Origin: Bdellovibrio sp.
GTDB taxonomy: Bacteria; Bdellovibrionota; Bdellovibrionia; Bdellovibrionales; Bdellovibrionaceae
DNA length: 64,000 bases
Assembly (NCBI GenBank): GCA_036676395.1
Contig: JAKFCY010000002.1
Span: 480,001-544,000, forward strand
Reading direction: 5' to 3'
Under the pieces are notes generated by a model. It was not told the DNA's origin. It saw only the letters and a program-made list of their open reading frames with translations, and did no database searches. Numbering within the stretch: the first letter of the stretch is position 1; the number at the start of each line of letters is the position of its first letter. Of this stretch, positions 58,967-64,000 are shown one piece after another. A program made the position numbers and the translations under genes.

Positions 58967-60770
58967 AGCCTTCAAGTTTAACAGCAACAGTGTCTAAGGC
59001 CTTTATCCAAAACTTTTTATCAGTGATATCTTCACCTAAATGTTTTTGGACAAGGTCTTCGGCTGTCATTAAACCAGTGTCACGTAAGATCGCAGTGTAT
59101 TTAGCGCTGAAATCTTTGCCCCATTCGTCTTTGCGGGCGTACAGACTTAAGCTGAATAAATAGCCGAACGTGTACGGGAAGTTGTAGAAGCTTAATCCAG
59201 CCATTGAAAAGTGCAGTTTTGTGGCCCAGAACATTGGATCAGGCTGCGATAATGAATCACCGTACCATTTTGTGTAAGCATCTTTCATCAATCCAGTTAA
59301 TTCATCCGGATTAACATACCCAGCTTTACGTTTTTCGTAAAAATTCTTTTCGTATTCAAAACGAGTCGGAATATTTAATAGTAATGAAACCGCACCTTCA
59401 GCGATTGACCAGTAGACATCTAAAACTTCGTCTTTAGTTTTTGCTGAAGAGATTTGGTAATCAAATAATGTTTGTTCAGCGAAAATACTTGCAGTTTCTG
59501 CCAATGACATTGTGTACATCGTGCTGATCTTAGTCATATCACGCATAGCCCAGTTATGGTAAGCGTGACCTAATTCATGCGCTAGCGTTGAAGTGTTTTG
59601 TGAAGAGCCTGAGAAAGTCATAAACACGCGTGGGCTGCGGCTTTTTGAAAAACCACCGCAGTATGCGCCGTTACGTTTGTTCGGCCGTACACTCATGTCG
59701 ATCCAGTTTTTATCTAACATCATTTGCGCAAACTCACCGAATGCCGGATCCATGTGTGTAAATGCGTCTTTCACTTGTTTGAATGATTCTTTAAACGTTA
59801 ACTCTGTTTCAGATTTAACCGGAGCAGGAGCTACTAAATCCCAAGGATCTAATTGTTTTTTACCGTAGTACTTAGCCATCGTCTTTGCAGCGGCTTGGAT
59901 TTTTGGACGGTAGTCGCTACATGCATCGATCATCGCTTGCAGGGTTTCAGCTTTGATCCGATTACTGTGTAATGGTTCGTCTAAGAAATCTAATTTCTTT
60001 GTAGGCGTTGAGCGTAAGTTATTTATGTCGTGTCTCCAGCCGGCTAAAGCATTTACGATCGCTGCGGCTGTTTGTTGATGTTCTTTCCAGGTATTTTGAA
60101 TACCTTCCCAGCTGGCTTTACGTAAAGATTCATCGCTGCCTTGTGTGTTACCGAAAGCGACGGCGATACTTGTTGGCTCAGGATATGACGGGTGATCGAT
60201 TTTCACTCGAGCGCTACTTGAAATAGAACTGTAGAGGTTACCCCAAGAGGTATGGCCATCTTTTCTTAAAGTCGATATGATCTCTTCTTCTTTTTCAGAA
60301 AGAAGATGATCTTTTTTCATTCTGGAACGCGAATAGTAAAAGGCATAATCTTTAATTTTTTCGGCTTTAAAAAACTTAGCAAAGTTTTCGTCGCTGGTTT
60401 TCGATAAAAATAAATTTAGCGGAGTCATGGCAATTTCAAATTGCGAAAACATATCTTTATATAAGTAAGAATACATTTTCTCGGCTTCAACATTCTTTGA
60501 ATCTAAGGAAAATTCGAATGAAGCATATGATGATAAGTTGTAAAGTAACAACATCGCTTCAGAAGAAATGAAAAGAGTTTCTTGCATGCCTTCTAAAGCT
60601 TGCGGTGGAAGCGGTTCTTGTGGATTCGTTAATTGCGGACCGAAGTTTTTCAAATTAGCCGTAATCTTTGCGATCGCAGCTTTAACTTCGTTGATATCAG
60701 TATTCCACTCTTTAGAAGTAAATGATGGATACTCGGTGGTGTTATCCCAGCGTGGTAAAATTTCATTCAT
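58953..60770 (-). CDS. pepF: Oligoendopeptidase F (M3B)
   Basis: TLAHELGHAYH, LAETASIFAE and FYNFPYTFG; ATG 60770 after aagga. Confidence 0.92.
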   Translation of the reverse strand: MNEILPRWDNTTEYPSFTSKEWNTDINEVKAAIAKITANLKNFGPQLTNPQEPLPPQALEGMQETLFISSEAMLLLYNLSSYASFEFSLDSKNVEAEKMYSYLYKDMFSQFEIAMTPLNLFLSKTSDENFAKFFKAEKIKDYAFYYSRSRMKKDHLLSEKEEEIISTLRKDGHTSWGNLYSSISSSARVKIDHPSYPEPTSIAVAFGNTQGSDESLRKASWEGIQNTWKEHQQTAAAIVNALAGWRHDINNLRSTPTKKLDFLDEPLHSNRIKAETLQAMIDACSDYRPKIQAAAKTMAKYYGKKQLDPWDLVAPAPVKSETELTFKESFKQVKDAFTHMDPAFGEFAQMMLDKNWIDMSVRPNKRNGAYCGGFSKSRSPRVFMTFSGSSQNTSTLAHELGHAYHNWAMRDMTKISTMYTMSLAETASIFAEQTLFDYQISSAKTKDEVLDVYWSIAEGAVSLLLNIPTRFEYEKNFYEKRKAGYVNPDELTGLMKDAYTKWYGDSLSQPDPMFWATKLHFSMAGLSFYNFPYTFGYLFSLSLYARKDEWGKDFSAKYTAILRDTGLMTAEDLVQKHLGEDITDKKFWIKALDTVAVKLEGFNKL

Positions 60771-60818
60771 AAAAATCCTTTCGATTAATGCGTTGCTCCC
60801 CAAAAAGGGACGGCCTAC

Positions 60819-61340
60819 CTATTTCGGAAAATCTGTTCTTACAAATAAGCTTTTTACTTGTAGGTCGATAGCTTTTAATTTTTCGATAGCATCAATGCCA
60901 CCGCGGTTGATCACACATAACACGGTGTTGATGTTCGCTTTTACGGATCTAAGATCTGCGGTGCTTAAAATAACTTGGCCACCAGAAGTGATGACATCTT
61001 CGATAATGCACACGCGTTTATTTTCAATCACAGCACCTTCGGCGAATAAACATGTTCCGTAATCTTTGGCTGTTTTTCTGACGAAGCAAACTGGAATGCC
61101 TGTCTCGAGCGAGATTGCGGTTGCGACTGGGATGCCGCCCATTTCAAGGCCTGCTAAGACTTCTGTGTCTTTTGGAACGAGCTGTGCCATCTGGCGAGCA
61201 ATTTCGCGCAATAGTTCTGGCTGCGCTTCGAAACGGTATTTATCAAAGTACTCGTGAGAAATTTGCCCAGAGCGAAGTTTGAATTCTCCGGTTAAGTGAG
61301 CGACATCGAAAAGTTTTTTAGCCAGTTCAGAGTGAGTCAT
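60819..61340 (-). CDS. pyrE: Orotate phosphoribosyltransferase
   Basis: GEFKLRSGQ.S..YFD, VRK.AKDYG and IIEDVITSGG; ATG 61340 after aagga. Confidence 0.94.
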   Translation of the reverse strand: MTHSELAKKLFDVAHLTGEFKLRSGQISHEYFDKYRFEAQPELLREIARQMAQLVPKDTEVLAGLEMGGIPVATAISLETGIPVCFVRKTAKDYGTCLFAEGAVIENKRVCIIEDVITSGGQVILSTADLRSVKANINTVLCVINRGGIDAIEKLKAIDLQVKSLFVRTDFPK

Positions 61341-61427
61341 GCAGTTTCCTTTAGACACTAAATTGTTCGAAAAAGTTTGGCTTAGATTATGCTTTCTATT
61401 CATAAGTTGGAAGTCATGGTGCTATGT

Positions 61428-61652
61428 ATGAAAAAGCAATTTAGCTTATGGATTGAACAGTTAGGGGAGCAATTGATTAGTCGAGGTAAAGCCTCAGACT
61501 TTCAAACCCTTCGTCTTTTCGCTATCTTAGCAGGCCTGACTCTGGTTTTTGTCGTCATGCTGACAGTCGTGCAGTTCTCTCCAACTGCTCCAAATCACAG
61601 CGAAATTAAGCCGATGCAAGACTTAAGTACTGAAGCCAAGCTGGCTCCATAA
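61428..61652 (+). CDS. Small single-TM hypothetical protein
   Basis: One hydrophobic helix; fills the gap; start uncertain. Confidence 0.55.
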   Translation: MKKQFSLWIEQLGEQLISRGKASDFQTLRLFAILAGLTLVFVVMLTVVQFSPTAPNHSEIKPMQDLSTEAKLAP

Positions 61653-61675
61653 TCTGTCTTAGATAAAACAAACTA

Positions 61676-62713
61676 TTATTTTCGGTGCTGTTTTTTACGT
61701 TGATGCCATTGTTCCATGGCGTACTTGCGCATGTCTTCGATGTTGTCGAATTCATCCATGATTTCAACGCCCAGTAGGGTTTCTACGGCGTCTTCAAGAG
61801 TCACCAAGCCGGTGGTTACGCCGTATTCATCGTTAACAATAGCTAAGTGGGATTTTTCTTTAATGAAAAAATCAAGTACATGAGAAACAGTCATACGCTC
61901 GGTCACATTTGAAATGGGCATAATTAATTCTGAGATTTTTTTGTGATGTTGATCCGCAGATAAGGCCTCTAAGATTTTATAACGGTGGGTGATTCCGATA
62001 ATGCGATCTAAAGAATCTTGATAAACAGGAATGCGAGAAAAGCGAATGGGCTTAAATTTTTTCGAAACCTCGTGAACACTCATCTCGCCGTCAAGAGCCA
62101 TAAAAACTGATCGTGGTGTCATGATGTCAGAGACAAAAACGTTATCTAACTTCATTAAATTTTTAATAATTGTAGATTCTTTGGCTTTTAAAGTGCCTTC
62201 TTCGACGCCGATTTCGGCATTCTTAATCATTTCATCACGAGTGATGTCTGGCTCTTCAGTGTTTGAAGCTAAAATGTGAGAAATTAAATCTGACATTTTT
62301 ACAAACGGATACACCGATATAGTCATGATCTGTACGCAGTAAGCGCAGAAAAAAGAAAATGATTTAGGATTGTTTTTACCGATAGTTTTCGGAACGATCT
62401 CAGAAAAAACTAAAATCATGAAAGTTAAAAATACAGAAAATAAAGTGACGTAGCTATCGCCGAATTCATTGTGAACAGCGTAGGCGATCCATGCTGAACC
62501 TAAAGTGTTTGAAATTGTATTTAAAGTTAAGATGGCAGAAATCGAACGGTCCATACGATCGACGACATGTTTTAAAACTTTTCCAGATTTTGGCCGTTGA
62601 TCGACGGCGACTTCTACGAATGCCGGCGATAGTGAAAGTAAAACAGCTTCACAAAGCGAGCAGATAAAAGAAATCGAAAGAATCAAAACAAAAGCGAGAA
62701 GAATTAAAGCCAT
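61676..62713 (-). CDS. CNNM/CorB-type (DUF21 + CBS) membrane protein
   Basis: SLCEAVLLS, SEIVPKT, MTPR, FSRIPVY and DEYG...GLVTLED. Confidence 0.93.
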   Translation of the reverse strand: MALILLAFVLILSISFICSLCEAVLLSLSPAFVEVAVDQRPKSGKVLKHVVDRMDRSISAILTLNTISNTLGSAWIAYAVHNEFGDSYVTLFSVFLTFMILVFSEIVPKTIGKNNPKSFSFFCAYCVQIMTISVYPFVKMSDLISHILASNTEEPDITRDEMIKNAEIGVEEGTLKAKESTIIKNLMKLDNVFVSDIMTPRSVFMALDGEMSVHEVSKKFKPIRFSRIPVYQDSLDRIIGITHRYKILEALSADQHHKKISELIMPISNVTERMTVSHVLDFFIKEKSHLAIVNDEYGVTTGLVTLEDAVETLLGVEIMDEFDNIEDMRKYAMEQWHQRKKQHRK

Positions 62714-62934
62714 AGAAGTCGATATCCTATCATTGATTTGGAAGCAAAAGCTAAGAGCAACTCGACTTTTGGCGCGGAATAATTGGCCACTATGCTTAAG
62801 TTTGATGCAAAAAAACAGCAGTGTTGTTTCCAGTGCAGCGTTGGTTTTCTGAGGGTAACTGGCGAACGTTCATTAGTTTAGATTTGTCTTTTGCGAACCA
62901 TTTTGTAGTCGCTTTTTTTGAAGCTATTATAAAA

Positions 62935-63456
62935 TTAAAATAAATACATCAATGTCGCGCTAGGGTACGTGTCTTTAACTGTTCTGATTTCAGACAGTGA
63001 ACTAGTTGTATCACTTTTATAAACAGTGGTGCGATCAGAGACTTGAAAACCAATATGAAATTGTCCGCCGATATGTTCTAGATAACCAAAATCAATTTGT
63101 TGGCCTTCGCCATTTGTCCAAGTGCCGACTTGGGCTAAGATATCGTAATGGCCTAAAATAAACCAGCCACGCTGCCAGTAATAACCTACAGATGGTCCGT
63201 AAGCTTTGCCAGCTTCACTGCCTGCTTCATTGCGTGATTCGATTAAATAACGAAATCCAAAAGTAGGTCCGCCGCGAACAAAGTACAATAAATTCATATC
63301 GACTTTATTTGTGTACACCGAGTTTTGAAAACTATCTTGAGACTGGCGATAAGTGAGTCCGCCTTGAACGATAATTGAATACATGCGTGGGGCCAACGCT
63401 GCCGAGCAATTCAAAGATAGAAAAAAAATAAAAAAGATCCAGCAATAGTGACGCAT
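62935..63456 (-). CDS. Putative small outer-membrane beta-barrel protein
   Basis: Signal peptide; amphipathic strands; terminal YLF. Confidence 0.65.
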   Translation of the reverse strand: MRHYCWIFFIFFLSLNCSAALAPRMYSIIVQGGLTYRQSQDSFQNSVYTNKVDMNLLYFVRGGPTFGFRYLIESRNEAGSEAGKAYGPSVGYYWQRGWFILGHYDILAQVGTWTNGEGQQIDFGYLEHIGGQFHIGFQVSDRTTVYKSDTTSSLSEIRTVKDTYPSATLMYLF

Positions 63457-63624
63457 ATTTTCATTTCCATTTTAGGACATGTAAAAACAAATTGTATATC
63501 AAATTTCACAAATCTTAGGGCATTTTAAGCCTAAGTTTTCGATATTTACCGCTTAGTATGCATTTGAAAGTGGTCTAAGTATTGAAAAGTCTAATTGTTC
63601 TAAAATTTTTTAAAGGAGATAAAA

Positions 63625-64000
63625 ATGTCGAAACTGTTAACTGCGCCGTTATGCGCCTTAATTTTAGTAATTGGACTTTCAGGTTGTAATGATTCGGATG
63701 ACGAAATTTCTGAAAGCCTTGGTTCATCATCTGATTTGACAATGCAACAAATCGGCGAAGCCATGGTGTCGATTGATGAATCCAGTGGTAATTCAAGCGG
63801 AACCGTCACACGTTCAAGTTTTCTTGAAGCGTCATGTAGCGGTGTAAGTTTTGGGGCTTGCGGTGCCAGCGTTTCAAGTACGACCGTTAAAGATTTTGGC
63901 GGCTGCACGATTGCCGGTGGTCTTGTTTCGGTTTCGGGAACTGTTTCATTGGCTTTTGCCGGAACAGGATCAGGAACCTGCACGATTCCAACAAACGGAG
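63625..64000 (+). CDS. Lipoprotein, truncated by window edge (not in ORF track)
   Basis: RBS aaggag; MSKLLTAPLCALILVIGLSGC lipobox; open frame, rich in Ser/Gly/Cys, to the window end. Confidence 0.85.
   Translation, partial: MSKLLTAPLCALILVIGLSGCNDSDDEISESLGSSSDLTMQQIGEAMVSIDESSGNSSGTVTRSSFLEASCSGVSFGACGASVSSTTVKDFGGCTIAGGLVSVSGTVSLAFAGTGSGTCTIPTNG

Noticed and set aside
63575..63983. Minus-strand ORFs 63575-63796 and 63600-63983
   Set aside because: Shadows of the plus-strand lipoprotein starting at 63625, which has an RBS and lipobox.

Overview
AT-rich bacterial chromosome segment. Gene content and style (TIGR02147 regulator, many secreted hypotheticals) suggest Bdellovibrionota, which is an inference. 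It opens with the 3' two-thirds of a 23S rRNA gene, a 5S rRNA gene and tRNA-Pro(TGG). A 5.3-kb island is integrated at the tRNA-Pro 3' end, bounded by an exact 21-bp direct repeat (4629-4649 / 9930-9950). The island holds a broken tyrosine-integrase remnant, a Phd/RelE-type toxin-antitoxin pair and a tightly coupled four-gene operon: small secreted Cys/Thr-tailed peptide, family-5 peptide-binding protein (N-terminal anchor cut off by a T9 tract), stand-alone YcaO, and membrane histidine kinase. This operon is the best candidate for an undescribed system, a RiPP-type peptide signalling cassette. A second candidate is a roughly 12-kb specialised-lipid cluster (29277-40878): DarB/FabH-like ketosynthase fused to a heme-oxygenase-like diiron domain, two sterol-desaturase-family genes, a secreted phospholipase D, and an ABC/LolA-like/outer-membrane export set. 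The rest is mostly housekeeping: rpsR, rpmB, rplX, ETF-QO, lpxD, infA, tex, topA, a C-terminal protease, htpX, 2-oxoacid dehydrogenase E1, folB, folK-folP, folC, pepF and pyrE. An unannotated 36-aa very basic ORF follows tex. All family calls come from motif recognition by eye; no searches were run.
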